A stretch of DNA of 64,000 nt from contig LSRY02000055.1 in assembly GCA_001643675.2 (NCBI GenBank), forward strand, positions 310,001-374,000, given 5' to 3'. Each line of letters starts with the position of its first letter. Positions within the stretch are counted from its first letter, which is position 1. The notes beneath the pieces were generated by a model, which saw nothing but the letters and a program-made list of their open reading frames with translations, was not told the origin of the DNA and ran no database searches. The stretch comes from Monocercomonoides exilis PA203 (Eukaryota > Protista > Preaxostyla). Below, piece after piece: positions 48,862-61,050 of the stretch. Position numbers and translations under genes: made by a program.

Positions 48862-50376
48862 GTGAGCGAATCACACTTTTCCTATTTTTTCCAATTTTTC
48901 TCATCGCCTTCCATTCCCTTAATATCCCTCTCACATCTGACATTTTTCAACACCTCAACAGCAAATGATGCATGCTCACCTTCAACAACTATGTCAACCC
49001 AAACCACATGTTTTATTAACAGTTGCTCATTTTCATCAGTCTGTGACGCATATGATGGCGGAATTGTTCCCTCTCTCAACAATCCCTTGGCCTCTTTGTC
49101 TGCCTCAAACACCTCATTTATTAAATGTTGTCGAACAAGAAATGTTGTATGTGAAGGAACTGCAGATAATAAAAAACAGCTAGGGAGGCAGAATACAACA
49201 AATAATGGAGCGAATGCATTTGTTTGGTGCGAATGGAATGGATCAAATACAACAGGAACAGAAAATTCATACACTGATGGGATATCAAGTGGAGGGGCCA
49301 TCTGCATGTATGGCCAATCAAGCGCATCGGCTTCAATTAAGCACTGCTCATTCAATGATTGCAATGCTTATTGGGATGGAGGGGGAATCATGTGTGCAAA
49401 TATTAAATCGGTTGAAATTGAAAACAATACGTTCAACTCTTGTTCCACAAAAACTAATGAAGGAGGAGGAATGTGTATCGTGTCAGTTTCATCGTGTGTT
49501 CTGATCAGTGGGTCCGAATTCCAGAATTGCAAAGCAAATTATAATGGAGGAGGACTTTATCTTGAAAGTTTTCAGGTTTCAGGAACAGGATGTGTTGAAG
49601 CAGAAAATGAAGGAGAGGAGAGTGCGTGTGTGTTTGACTGCAGCTTCGCTTTATGCTCAGTTGTAAATACCGTTGGTGGAGGTGTGCGTTGTTACAATAT
49701 TCCTAATCAATTCAAAATGAGAAATATGAGGTTCATTTCATGTTCTGCCAGGCAAGAGGGTGGAGGGTTGTCCTTCAGACCAGAAAAAACAAAAAAGCCA
49801 GACAATGGGATTTATTGCTATTTTCTGTTCTTCCACGAATGCAAATGTTCGGCCAATCCACCATATGGGCATGATGTGATTTATATTGATTATTTTGATG
49901 TTTATTTGGATTCGGGAAATCCATTCTATGAATGCTACACCACAAACACGGATGACAAAAGAATATGCTACTTGTACAACTACTCGAACGCAAGTGCCTG
50001 GACATATGATCAAACATCAAAAAAAAATTGGCTGAAGGACAAGACGTTATATGTTTCTGTGAATGGGAATGATTCATATGAGCTGTGTGGGGCAAATACA
50101 ACATTTGCATGCAAAACAGTCAAGAAGGCGTTTGAGATGTGTGAGGCGCAGATTAGCTTAACAATCACGCTGCTGGAAGGGAATCACACAAGCGAGGCAA
50201 CAACGATTGAGATTGGGACAAAGAAGATTTCGGTCATTGGGAAAGGCAAAGATAAGAGTTCGATCGAAATAGGAGCCCTTTCATCGGGAGGAACGCTGTT
50301 CAGTGTGACGACAGGAAACCTTGGTTTATTGCACATGAAGGATGATTGCAACTCATCAGTAAGTCCTCATTCATGA
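48862..50376 (+). CDS. Beta-helix family copy D
   Basis: 504-aa ORF from a GTG start with the family core. Decayed upstream sequence; ends DCNSSVSPHS*. Confidence 0.72.
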   Translation: MSESHFSYFFQFFSSPSIPLISLSHLTFFNTSTANDACSPSTTMSTQTTCFINSCSFSSVCDAYDGGIVPSLNNPLASLSASNTSFIKCCRTRNVVCEGTADNKKQLGRQNTTNNGANAFVWCEWNGSNTTGTENSYTDGISSGGAICMYGQSSASASIKHCSFNDCNAYWDGGGIMCANIKSVEIENNTFNSCSTKTNEGGGMCIVSVSSCVLISGSEFQNCKANYNGGGLYLESFQVSGTGCVEAENEGEESACVFDCSFALCSVVNTVGGGVRCYNIPNQFKMRNMRFISCSARQEGGGLSFRPEKTKKPDNGIYCYFLFFHECKCSANPPYGHDVIYIDYFDVYLDSGNPFYECYTTNTDDKRICYLYNYSNASAWTYDQTSKKNWLKDKTLYVSVNGNDSYELCGANTTFACKTVKKAFEMCEAQISLTITLLEGNHTSEATTIEIGTKKISVIGKGKDKSSIEIGALSSGGTLFSVTTGNLGLLHMKDDCNSSVSPHS

Positions 50377-50694
50377 ATGTTTAAGTGTTGTCAATGAGGT
50401 GTGCCTTTGAGATGCTTGAGAAAAGAAGAAGAAATTAATTTTTTCTTATTCGACACGATGTTCCCTTATGCAACAAGTTATGTTAACAGTCACAAGTATT
50501 GAGACATTTTCGGATATTTTTTTGTTTGTTAGTTTGTTTTGAGGAATTATAAACTTCAGTTTATCTATTTTTGTTTGAGAAATCAATGAAAATATGAACA
50601 CAAAGTTAATTTGATAACAATGTGAAGGCATTATTTTTTGTTTCTTATTGAATCCATTCAGAAAAGAGGGGAAATATCTATTTGATGCAAAAAA

Positions 50695-50816
50695 ATAAAA
50701 AATATAAAATATAAAATAAAAAATAAAAAATAAAAAATATAAAAAAAAAAATATAAAATATAAAATATAAAATATAAAATATAAAATATAAAATATAAAA
50801 TATAAAATATAAAATA
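50695..50816. repeat. (ATAAAAT)n-like AT microsatellite; mirror at ~53548-53670
   Basis: Tandem ATAAAAT heptamers. Confidence 0.85.
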
Positions 50817-50855
50817 TTATAAAATGAATTGAAAATAAATTATTAAAAAGATGAG

Positions 50856-51113
50856 TTGGGTGATTATATTTGAGACATATTTTTAAATGCATTGTTTTTG
50901 GTTCGAAAAATTTCCTTGAATGCAAGAAAATGAACACTGAAAAGTGCACAGACATTTTCAAGGCATATTCATCTTTATTTCAGATAATACATTTGTTTTT
51001 GAAACAGTTGTGATAATTTTATCATCTGAATACAAAAACACATCCCATTGACAAACAATCTTCTAAAAATCAATACTCCGAAAAAAGTTATGACTTCAAA
51101 AATAATCACCCAA
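50856..51113. mobile_element. ~258-bp MITE, GGGTGATT subfamily; mirror at 53250-53508
   Basis: TTGGGTGATTATATTTGAGACATA ... TATGACTTCAAAAATAATCACCCAA. Confidence 0.7.
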
Positions 51114-51477
51114 TTGAACAATTTTATTTTTTGTTTTTTGCTGTTTTTGTCAAAGAACTTGGAAAAGAATATATTTATTTGAATTGATAAGAAGTTTGAA
51201 AAATGTTCAGCTTGTTCGATAATTTTGTAATCATTTTTTTCATAAATAATCATCCTTTTTTATTCATATCATATCAGTTGTGAGATACCGTCATTTCTGA
51301 AATTCTTCCTTCATAATTTAAATACAATCATATAATTCGAATCGAGTTTGTGAATCTTCAAGAAAAACAAAAAACACTCAACATTATTAATAATAACAAT
51401 TTAGTTACTGATTTATGAGCTAATGATTTTTGACAACATTTGTTGAGTCAAATATTCATCAACTCCCCCATCCTCAT

Positions 51478-51749
51478 ATGGGGGAAAATACGGACTTTCA
51501 AGCTTTTTTTGCACAAAGCACGAAAAAATTGTTTCACTCATAACTTTATTTTTTATTTAGAGATTTCAAAATAAATTTGATTTTCATATCGGGAAACAGG
51601 CATCGTTGAAATCAAAACAAAAAGCATGGTGACATTTCACAAATGTCAAAAAATCGACCCATTTTTAAAATATTTTTTAATCTCAAACACTCAATGAAAA
51701 GTGCATAATTTTTCAATGAAAATGCCTGAAGCGAAATATTTTGCCCCAT
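51478..51749. mobile_element. 272-bp MITE present only in the left arm of P2
   Basis: TIR ATGGGGGAAAATA / TATTTTGCCCCAT (12/13). The empty site is in the right arm (reverse complement CCTCATTTTTT at ~52882-52892). 2-bp target duplication: AT, or TA if the empty site mutated. Confidence 0.85.
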
Positions 51750-52251
51750 ATTTTTTATTATCGAAATCCTTTGTTATTTTTGTCAGTCTCATATAATTAT
51801 CAAGACATATTCTTTGAAACATGAAATGAATGTCCGATTAGTTTGGAAATGTTATTGTTATTGGGAAATGATTTCTGTGAAGTTCTGTTTTTCATTTGTT
51901 GATGTCTCAAACAGATCTTGAGTTGTGTTGTTATGTTCTTGTGATCAAAGACTTGCTCGTATTTCCATTGACATTTTTGAGACCAGTTATTTTTCCTGTG
52001 ATGAATTAATCCACCATTCACACATTTTTATTTCATTTCTCCAAACAGTTCATATCTTTCAAAAACACTTTTCCAATATTCTTTGATCAATTTGCCAATT
52101 ATTCGTCTTATCGGATTCTCTCTTTTTTTGAAAAGTCACAAATGTTTTGTTTTCATATTTTATCAATCATTCCAATGAAGGAATAACTTCTCCATTCAAT
52201 CAAAATATTTTTTGTTGTTGTCATAAATGTTCACAAATGTGTTTTTCATTA

Positions 52252-52470
52252 TGAAAAGTCGCAAACGAATAATTTTCTGTTCAATCGAAAACTGCATTGT
52301 TTTATCAGATTTCGTGACAAATGCTTCAAATTTGGTTATTGATACATCAAATTCAAAACAAAGAAATTTGATTTGCTTGGCTCGTATTATTGAGATAAAT
52401 AAGGTGATGTGAAAGCTGATGAAATAACTCAGTTTTCGATTGACCAGAAGATTATACGTTTGCGACTTTT

Positions 52471-52472
<2 letters not shown>
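52252..52472. mobile_element. MITE in the spacer of P2 (43-bp imperfect TIR), with an additional family TIR at ~52121-52144
   Basis: TGAAAAGTCGCAAACGAATAATTTTCTGTTCAATCGAAAACTG vs the reverse complement of 52430-52472 (3 mismatches). TTTTTTGAAAAGTCACAAATG marks the left inner arm end. Confidence 0.75.
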
Positions 52473-52521
<49 letters not shown>

Positions 52522-53989
52522 TACGATCAGAAGAACAATTGGTGAATTGATCGATGAATATTGGAAAAGTGTTTTTGAAAGATATGAACTGTTTGGAGAA
52601 ATGAAATAAAAATGTGTGAATGGTGGATTAATTCATCACAGGAAAAATAACTGGTCTCAAAAATGTCAATGGAAATACGAGCAAGTCTTTGATCACAAGA
52701 ACATTACAACACAACTCAAGATCTGTTTGAGACATCAACAAATGAAAAACAGAACTTCACAGAAATCATTCCCCAATAACAATAACATTTCCAAACTTGT
52801 CGATCATTTATTTCATGTTTCAAAGAATGTATCTTGATGATAATATGAGACTGACAAAAATAACAAAAGATTTCAAATACAAAAAATGAGGATAGGGGTG
52901 TTGATGAATATCTGACTCAACAAATGTTGTCAAAAATCATTAGCTCATAAATCAGTAACTAAATTGTTATTATTAATAATGTTGAGTGTTTTTTGTTTTT
53001 CTTGAAGATTCACAAACTCGATTCGAATTATATGATTGTATTTAAATTATGAAGGAAGAATTTCAGAAATGACGGTATCTCACAACTGATATGATATGAA
53101 TAAAAAAGGATGATTATTTATGAAAAAAATGATTACAAAATTATCGAACAAGCTGAACATTTTTCAAACTTCTTATCAATTCAAATAAATATATTCTTTT
53201 CCAAGTTCTTTGACAAAAACAGCAAAAAACAAAAAATAAAATTGTTCAATTGGGTGATTATTTTTGAAGTCATAACTTTTTTCGGAGTATTGATTTTTAG
53301 AAGATTGTTTGTCAATGGGATGTGTTTTTGTATTCAGATGATAAAATTATCACAACTGTTTCAAAAACAAATGTATTATCTGAAATAAAGATGAATATGC
53401 CTTGAAAATGTCTGTGCACTTTTCAGTGTTCATTTTCTTGCATTCAAGGAAATTTTTCGAACCAAAAACAATGCATTTAAAAAATATGTCTCAAATATAA
53501 TCACCCAACTCATCTTTTTAATAATTTATTTTCAATTCATTTTATAATATTTTATATTTTATATTTTATATTTTATATTTTATATTTTATATTTTATATT
53601 TTATATTTTATATTTTTTTTTTTTATATTTTTTATTTTTTATTTTTTATTTTATATTTTATATTTTTTATTTTTTTGCATCAAATAGATATTTCCCCTCT
53701 TTTCTGAATGGATTCAATAAGAAACAAAAAATAATGCCTTCACATTGTTATCAAATTAACTTTGTGTTCATATTTTCATTGATTTCTCAAACAAAAATAG
53801 ATAAACTGAAGTTTATAATTCCTCAAAACAAACTAACAAACAAAAAAATATCCGAAAATGTCTCAATACTTGTGACTGTTAACATAACTTGTTGCATAAG
53901 GGAACATCGTGTCGAATAAGAAAAAATTAATTTCTTCTTCTTTTTCTCAAGCATCTCAAAGGCACACCTCATTGACAACACTTAAACAT

Positions 53990-55504
53990 TCATGAATGAG
54001 GACTTACTGATGAGTTGCAATCATCCTTCATGTGCAATAAACCAAGGTTTCCTGTCGTCACACTGAACAGCGTTCCTCCCGATGAAAGGGCTCCTATTTC
54101 GATCGAACTCTTATCTTTGCCTTTCCCAATGACCGAAATCTTCTTTGTCCCAATCTCAATCGTTGTTGCCTCGCTTGTGTGATTCCCTTCCAGCAGCGTG
54201 ATTGTTAAGCTAATCTGCGCCTCACACATCTCAAACGCCTTCTTGACTGTTTTGCATGCAAATGTTGTATTTGCCCCACACAGCTCATATGAATCATTCC
54301 CATTCACAGAAACATATAACGTCTTGTCCTTCAGCCAATTTTTTTTTGATGTTTGATCATATGTCCAGGCACTTGCGTTCGAGTAGTTGTACAAGTAGCA
54401 TATTCTTTTGTCATCCGTGTTTGTGGTGTAGCATTCATAGAATGGATTTCCCGAATCCAAATAAACATCAAAATAATCAATATAAATCACATCATGCCCA
54501 TATGGTGGATTGGCCGAACATTTGCATTCGTGGAAGAACAGAAAATAGCAATAAATCCCATTGTCTGGCTTTTTTGTTTTTTCTGGTCTGAAGGACAACC
54601 CTCCACCCTCTTGCCTGGCAGAACATGAAATGAACCTCATATTTCTCATTTTGAATTGATTAGGAATATTGTAACAACGCACACCTCCACCAACGGTATT
54701 TACAACTGAGCATAAAGCGAAGCTGCAGTCAAACACACACGCACTCTCCTCTCCTTCATTTTCTGCTTCAACACATCCTGTTCCTGAAACCTGAAAACTT
54801 TCAAGATAAAGTCCTCCTCCATTATAATTTGCTTTGCAATTCTGGAATTCGGACCCACTGATCAGAACACACGATGAAACTGACACGATACACATTCCTC
54901 CTCCTTCATTAGTTTTTGTGGAACAAGAGTTGAACGTATTGTTTTCAATTTCAACCGATTTAATATTTGCACACATGATTCCCCCTCCATCCCAATAAGC
55001 ATTGCAATCATTGAATGAGCAGTGCTTAATTGAAGCCGATGCGCTTGATTGGCCATACATGCAGATGGCCCCTCCACTTGATATCCCATCAGTGTATGAA
55101 TTTTCTGTTCCTGTTGTATTTGATCCATTCCATTCGCACCAAACAAATGCATTCGCTCCATTATTTGTTGTATTCTGCCTCCCTAGCTGTTTTTTATTAT
55201 CTGCAGTTCCTTCACATACAACATTTCTTGTTCGACAACATTTAATAAATGAGGTGTTTGAGGCAGACAAAGAGGCCAAGGGATTGTTGAGAGAGGGAAC
55301 AATTCCGCCATCATATGCGTCACAGACTGATGAAAATGAGCAACTGTTAATAAAACATGTGGTTTGGGTTGACATAGTTGTTGAAGGTGAGCATGCATCA
55401 TTTGCTGTTGAGGTGTTGAAAAATGTCAGATGTGAGAGGGATATTAAGGGAATGGAAGGCGATGAGAAAAATTGGAAAAAATAGGAAAAGTGTGATTCGC
55501 TCAC
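53990..55504 (-). CDS. Beta-helix family copy D' (mirror of D)
   Basis: Translation identical to 48862-50376. Confidence 0.72.
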   Translation of the reverse strand: MSESHFSYFFQFFSSPSIPLISLSHLTFFNTSTANDACSPSTTMSTQTTCFINSCSFSSVCDAYDGGIVPSLNNPLASLSASNTSFIKCCRTRNVVCEGTADNKKQLGRQNTTNNGANAFVWCEWNGSNTTGTENSYTDGISSGGAICMYGQSSASASIKHCSFNDCNAYWDGGGIMCANIKSVEIENNTFNSCSTKTNEGGGMCIVSVSSCVLISGSEFQNCKANYNGGGLYLESFQVSGTGCVEAENEGEESACVFDCSFALCSVVNTVGGGVRCYNIPNQFKMRNMRFISCSARQEGGGLSFRPEKTKKPDNGIYCYFLFFHECKCSANPPYGHDVIYIDYFDVYLDSGNPFYECYTTNTDDKRICYLYNYSNASAWTYDQTSKKNWLKDKTLYVSVNGNDSYELCGANTTFACKTVKKAFEMCEAQISLTITLLEGNHTSEATTIEIGTKKISVIGKGKDKSSIEIGALSSGGTLFSVTTGNLGLLHMKDDCNSSVSPHS

Positions 55505-57364
55505 TGAAACACTTCCTTCTGTGCATCCTTCTCTTTCCCTTGCCTCTTAGCACCATGCCAAAAATATCTCAATATGATTGAATCCCTTTTCCTGCATTTT
55601 GCTCTTTCTTTATCGTCTGCTTTCCCCAAATCCCTTTTTCTTCTGTTGCAATCTTCTGCTTTTTTCCTAAAATCCATTTTCTTTCATCGCTTTTGAATGC
55701 ACATGCAAAAACCCCTATTATCATAAAAACATAAAGAAAAAATATTAAAAAAATATAAAAACATCCAATATGAAATGTAACAAATCAGTACCATTTTCTT
55801 TTCGAAATCTTCTGATTCGCCAATCCCTTATTCCAGTTTTTCGTATTCTTCTCGAATTTTTGTCATATTTCTTCTTCAGCCATTTCCTCAATTTTCCGAT
55901 TATTCTTTTCTGTTGATTCGCCTTCTTCTTTTTCAAATCGCTGCACAAGTCTTCAAATCCCTCCTCTCACATTCATTTCATTGATTTCATCCAGCTCATT
56001 TATCAATACGTCTCTTCGTTTGCCTTCGGCAATCTTTCAGCATTCCGTGTTTGTGTGCTGGCGTTAAGCATCCCCGCAAAAATTAAAATATCTGAAAGAA
56101 AATTAAACACTTTTTGTTTTTGAAAAATCGGAATTGAAAAAAGAAAGTAATTACGCACATTGATAATAAACCTTAAATATGGCAATGTCATTTTCGATGT
56201 TCCAATTCAATCTTCTCCTCCTTATTCTTCTTTTGCCAAACATTCATCTGATTGAAATTTTTTGAAAAAACACTTCTGCCTTCAAAACTCATGAGCGTTG
56301 ATTGATAAATCAAACAAGTTCAAAGGTTCTTTTTCTCTTGCCTTAGCCTTGCCAAAAATCGAAGCACATCCCAGAATTGAAAACATGCTCCATGACTGTA
56401 TTTCTCCGTTCCGTGCATTTGGAATCAGACCTTCAAAAAAACACTTATTGACCATTAGCCCATCTGCCAGTCCTTTCTTTCTGTCCAATCCTTCCTTCTT
56501 TGCCTCTTCCCTTGCCAGAACAGCCGAAACAAAAAAACAAGCACAGCATTTCCATTTAACTGTTCCCCAAAAGGCGAATAAAAACCCATGCATTTCATGA
56601 CGCAAATGAAGTTTGCTGCCTTTCTCATCCCCATCCCCATCCCCATTCTCGCATTCAGATTCAGATTCAGAGAGAATCTCCTCTGTTCTTCCATTCTGCT
56701 GTTTCTGCTCAATTCTCTGCCTCTCAAACACCGAGCAGCAAGTCGCGTACCTCAAGTGAAAAGACAAGATAAACAATAAAAAAAATAACATCCCTTCTTT
56801 CCAAGCATCGCAAAAAGAGCAGAAGATAAAAGATTCCAACAAAAAGAAATTATTTAATTGTTGAAAAAATATCAAGAAGGACAAACATTGGATTTCCGGC
56901 CTTGCCTCAGACTTCAACATTTGGGAAACAGCTGATCCCAACTCTGGCTGTGCTGCTGCGAGAAGGCAAAAAATATACCAATAGAAGAAGAAGATGATGA
57001 ATGCGATTGCAAAGCATTCTGCAGGTCCTGATGAAGTTGAAGCAGATCAAAACAAAATGACAACGCCCCTGCTCCTTCCTGTTCAATATGCCCCTAATAC
57101 AAATGATGAGAAAACAGCATTGCCTTTTGTTCCGCCATGCAATTTTATTTAAAAATTCAGTCAGACAAATGACTGAGCCAGAACCCAAAGAAATCCTTCA
57201 TATTCTGTGTTGAGGAAAAATGAGTTGTCTTCTTCGATGGTCGACAAAAACTTCACAAAGCTTCGTTCATTTCTTCTAATTGTAGAAAATAAGTTGATGA
57301 AATTATACGTTGAAATATCGAGCTCAACTCTCATTGCTTTGTTATATTTTCCTTCCTTTTATGT

Positions 57365-57950
57365 GATAAATATCCTTCCCTCGATATTGCCAGCCACTTT
57401 CCTTGCCAAAAAAGCTTCTCCCTTGCCTTATGCTCCAAAATTCTACATAGTTTTGTGCAGATTTTGTCCTTCACAGAATTCCTTCTTGTTATCTTCATTC
57501 AATAAAATGACAGTTGAAATTGTTTTCAACTCTTGTTCCAAATAAAAATCATGTAACTTGCGTAACTTCCTTTATTTCCCAATGCCTATATAATAATCAG
57601 CTCCATTCTCATCGCATTGCTCCACAAAGCGGAGATTGGCCATTTCAACAATAACTCATATTCCTGCACTTTGGAGAGGATACGGATGGAAATATCTTCA
57701 CAATCAATAGAACTATATAAATTACAAACATTATGTCTTTTTGTGTAATTGATGAAATTGTTGTGTTCCCCTTGGCCACCCAATTACCAACAATCATCAG
57801 ATAGAATTCCAATAATATTGCATCTCACCATTGTCTGTTGTCACACAGGAAATAATATTCCTAGCTCTACAGGTAATGTTCACTCACGGATTTCTCATTC
57901 TGTGAATGGAATATTCCGTTTTTTCAAATCTGATGATCATTGAATCCATT
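57365..57950 (-). repeat. Third, diverged copy of repeat R
   Basis: Direct repeat of ~45265-45852 with scattered substitutions. Confidence 0.85.
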
Positions 57951-59337
57951 ACAAAAAAGACTCAGACCAACAAATCATTTTCATATTTTCTTTTTCTCGG
58001 CAATGGCTGAGTGAAAAGGGACGTGGTTGAGAAGGGTGTGTGGAAACAAAAATTAAACTTGTTTTGGGTATATATTTTATTCATTTTCTGAATTTCATGT
58101 GTTTGGCAGTGTTTGATTTCTAAGCGAGTTTGTTTGTGGGGAGCAGGGTTCAGCTTGTGGCTGATCAGAGGAGCGGATGCGCACAAGAGAAAATGGTGCT
58201 TGCAGCAGCTATGCTTGATGGGATGATTTTTCAGCAGTTCGTTTTTTGGAAAAGAAAGGCAAACGAGGGAAACAATGTTTGTGAGAAGGAGCAGGAAAGG
58301 GGAGGGGAATGGAGAGCGTGTGGTGGAGTGCATGTTTAGTGGAGGAACACATTGCAGCTGGGATTTTCACACATATTTTTTATTTTAAAGGGGGTGACAA
58401 AAGCGATTTGGATGTTGTATTTTGGCAGCTGATGGGTGGGGATGTTTGGGGATGCAGTCATGCTCATCTGGGCAGTCGAGGCAGCACAGGAAAGGGAATG
58501 TGCGATTGTTTTGTGAGCCTTTCATGGTGAAAGAGGAGACAGGTTTGATGATTTGTTTCATAAGAATTTATATATATTTTTTATATTTTATTTTATGATT
58601 ATTTTTTTTTTTTTATTGAAGATATTGAGTGAATTGCCGAAAGATGCATGGAAAGCCATCACATGTTGCCTGAGGGATGGCGATGGAGCGCAGAGTGTTT
58701 TTTAAGTCTTGCTTGAAGAATGAGAAGAAGAGGGGAAGAAGAAATATTTCATATTTTTTTTTTTTTGGTCGAGGGCCGGATGGAGAAAGATGGGAAGAGA
58801 AGAATGGTGAGAGTGAGGTTGAATGGGCAATGGAAGAGCGGATGAAAACAATATTTTATTTTTTCTTTATTTGAAATTGGATATGAAAGGCGAAGGCGTG
58901 GTGTGTGTGGTGCTTGGAGTGGATGATGTTGGGGTGAGAGGTATTTGGAGGGAGGCAAACAGGGGATGAGTGGAGTGAAGGGAAATGAAGATTTGTGGAG
59001 GTATTTTATTCTTGTTTGTTCATTTTCTTCATGTTCCATTTTTTATTTTTGTTTGTATTTGCATTTTTTATTTTTTGATTTGATTGATGTGTAATGCGAT
59101 CAGGTGTTATGAGAAGCGCTGGGGGAGCATGAAACATGGGATGTGGAAACACTGCTTTTTTTTCTGGGCATTCCTGGAAGAAATTGGGAGAAATTAGCAA
59201 CTGAAGAGCGTTTGGCAGAATGAGCCAGGCGGAAAAAACTGAAGAGAATGAGGAAAGAAATTTTTGTGGAATTTTTCTAACAAAAATCTTTTTGGAAGCA
59301 GCAGCAGAAGAGGCGGAATAAGGGGAACTCAAGCTCA

Positions 59338-61050
59338 ATGGGATATTTTGCGACGCTTTGCCAAGATGCGTGGGGAAGAGAAGGAAAAGGAAGAACTTCT
59401 GTGAATGAATTTTATTTCTCTTCTTTTTGCCAATTTTTTTCATCCCCTTCAATACCCCTAATATCCCTCTCCAAATTATCATTTTTCAACATCTCAACAG
59501 CAAATGATGCATGTTCGTCTTCAACCACAATGTCAACCAAAACCACATGTTTGATGAGCAGCTGCTCATTCTCGTCTGTTTGCGATGCATACGATGGAGG
59601 GATTGTTCCTTCCCTCAATAACCCTATAGCCTCTTTGGCTGTTTCTAATACCTCATTCATCGGATGTAGCAGAACAAGAAACGTTAATATTAATGGAACT
59701 GCAGAGGTACCATTGAAAACAGACAGACAAAATGAAACATTCAATGGAGCTAATTCATTCACTTGGTGTGAGTGGAGCGGTTCGAGAACAACAGGAAACG
59801 GTGAGACATATTCCGATGGCGCTTCGAACGGTGGTGCGATATTCATGTATGGTCAATCGTCGGCCACTGTTTCAGTTTCGCATTGTGCATTCAATGAATG
59901 TGTCGCGCATTGGTGTGGCGGAGGAGTTCATTGCTATAATATTAAATCGGTTGAAATTGTGAACAACACCTTCGATTCGTGTACTGCGCAAAATTATTTG
60001 GGAGGAGGAGTGTTCGTTTATACGATTTCAACGTGTGTTCGGATCAGCGGATGTGAATTCCAGAAATGCAAAGCGACTTACAATGGAGGAGGACTTTTTC
60101 TTGAAAATTTTCAGGTTTCGGAAACAAACTGTATTGGAACAGAAAATGGAGGAGGAGAGAGTGCGTGTGTGTTTGACTGCAGTTTCACTTCATGTTCACT
60201 TACAAGCACAGGCGGTGGAGGCATGTATTGTTACAATATTCCTACAGCATTCAAAATGAGGAGCATTCAGTTTATTTCATGTTCAGCATCGTCATATGGT
60301 GGAGGATTGCGATTATATCCTTATAGACAAACATCGCAAAATGATATTATTTATTGTTTCTTCTTATTTTTTCACGGATGCAAATGTTCGGCCAATCCAC
60401 CATACGGGCATGACATTGCATATGCAGATCATTACAGTCTTTATTTAGAGTCAGGGAATCCGTTCAAAGAGTGCTATACAACGAACACAGATGAGAAGAG
60501 AATGTGCTATGCCTACAATTATACTGGGAGCAGCTGGACATATCAGCACACAGAAAAGAAGGAATGGCTGAAGGATAAGACGATCTATGTTTCGGTGAAT
60601 GGGAGTGATACAACTCCACTTTGTGGAGCAAATGAATCAAATCCGTGTCTGACAGTGAAGAAGGCTCTTGAGATGTGTGAAATACAGATTAGCTTGGTAA
60701 TCACGCTGATGGATGGGAATCATGTGAGTGAGGCAACAACTATTAAGATTGAGGCAAAGAAGATTTCAGTCATTGGGAAAGGCAAAGATAAGAGTTCGAT
60801 CGAAACAGGGGCACTTTCATCAACCGGATCGCTGTTCAGCGTGTCAACAGGACATCTTGGAATGAGTTATTTGAAAGTTGATTGCAACTCAAATATAAAT
60901 CCTTCTTCACAGAGTGTGGTTGTTGTATCTTGTAGAGGTGGGTCACTCTCGTTGGAGGAAGTTATAATGTATTTATTACATTTTTTTTTTATTTTTTTCA
61001 TGTTTGATAATGAAAATAAAGCAAATATAAATGTGGTGGTTTTTTTTTAA
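59338..61050 (+). CDS. Beta-helix family copy E
   Basis: 570-aa ORF. Family homology runs from ~59400 to ~60965 (GGSLSLEEVI), then reads through into AT-rich sequence. Confidence 0.72.
   Translation: MGYFATLCQDAWGREGKGRTSVNEFYFSSFCQFFSSPSIPLISLSKLSFFNISTANDACSSSTTMSTKTTCLMSSCSFSSVCDAYDGGIVPSLNNPIASLAVSNTSFIGCSRTRNVNINGTAEVPLKTDRQNETFNGANSFTWCEWSGSRTTGNGETYSDGASNGGAIFMYGQSSATVSVSHCAFNECVAHWCGGGVHCYNIKSVEIVNNTFDSCTAQNYLGGGVFVYTISTCVRISGCEFQKCKATYNGGGLFLENFQVSETNCIGTENGGGESACVFDCSFTSCSLTSTGGGGMYCYNIPTAFKMRSIQFISCSASSYGGGLRLYPYRQTSQNDIIYCFFLFFHGCKCSANPPYGHDIAYADHYSLYLESGNPFKECYTTNTDEKRMCYAYNYTGSSWTYQHTEKKEWLKDKTIYVSVNGSDTTPLCGANESNPCLTVKKALEMCEIQISLVITLMDGNHVSEATTIKIEAKKISVIGKGKDKSSIETGALSSTGSLFSVSTGHLGMSYLKVDCNSNINPSSQSVVVVSCRGGSLSLEEVIMYLLHFFFIFFMFDNENKANINVVVFF

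Larger units (their letters stand above)
47383..56982. repeat. Giant palindrome P2: near-perfect arms 47383-51450 / 52913-56982, diverged inner arms 51451-52144 / ~52458-52912, spacer ~310 bp
   Basis: Mirror ORFs (48862+55504 = 50376+53990 = 104366). The inner arms carry many substitutions and a one-sided 272-bp insertion. Confidence 0.95.

Noticed and set aside
7822-50816. CRISPR array or telomeric repeat arrays
   Set aside because: The tandem repeats are simple microsatellites without unique spacers, and no TTAGGG-type arrays are seen.
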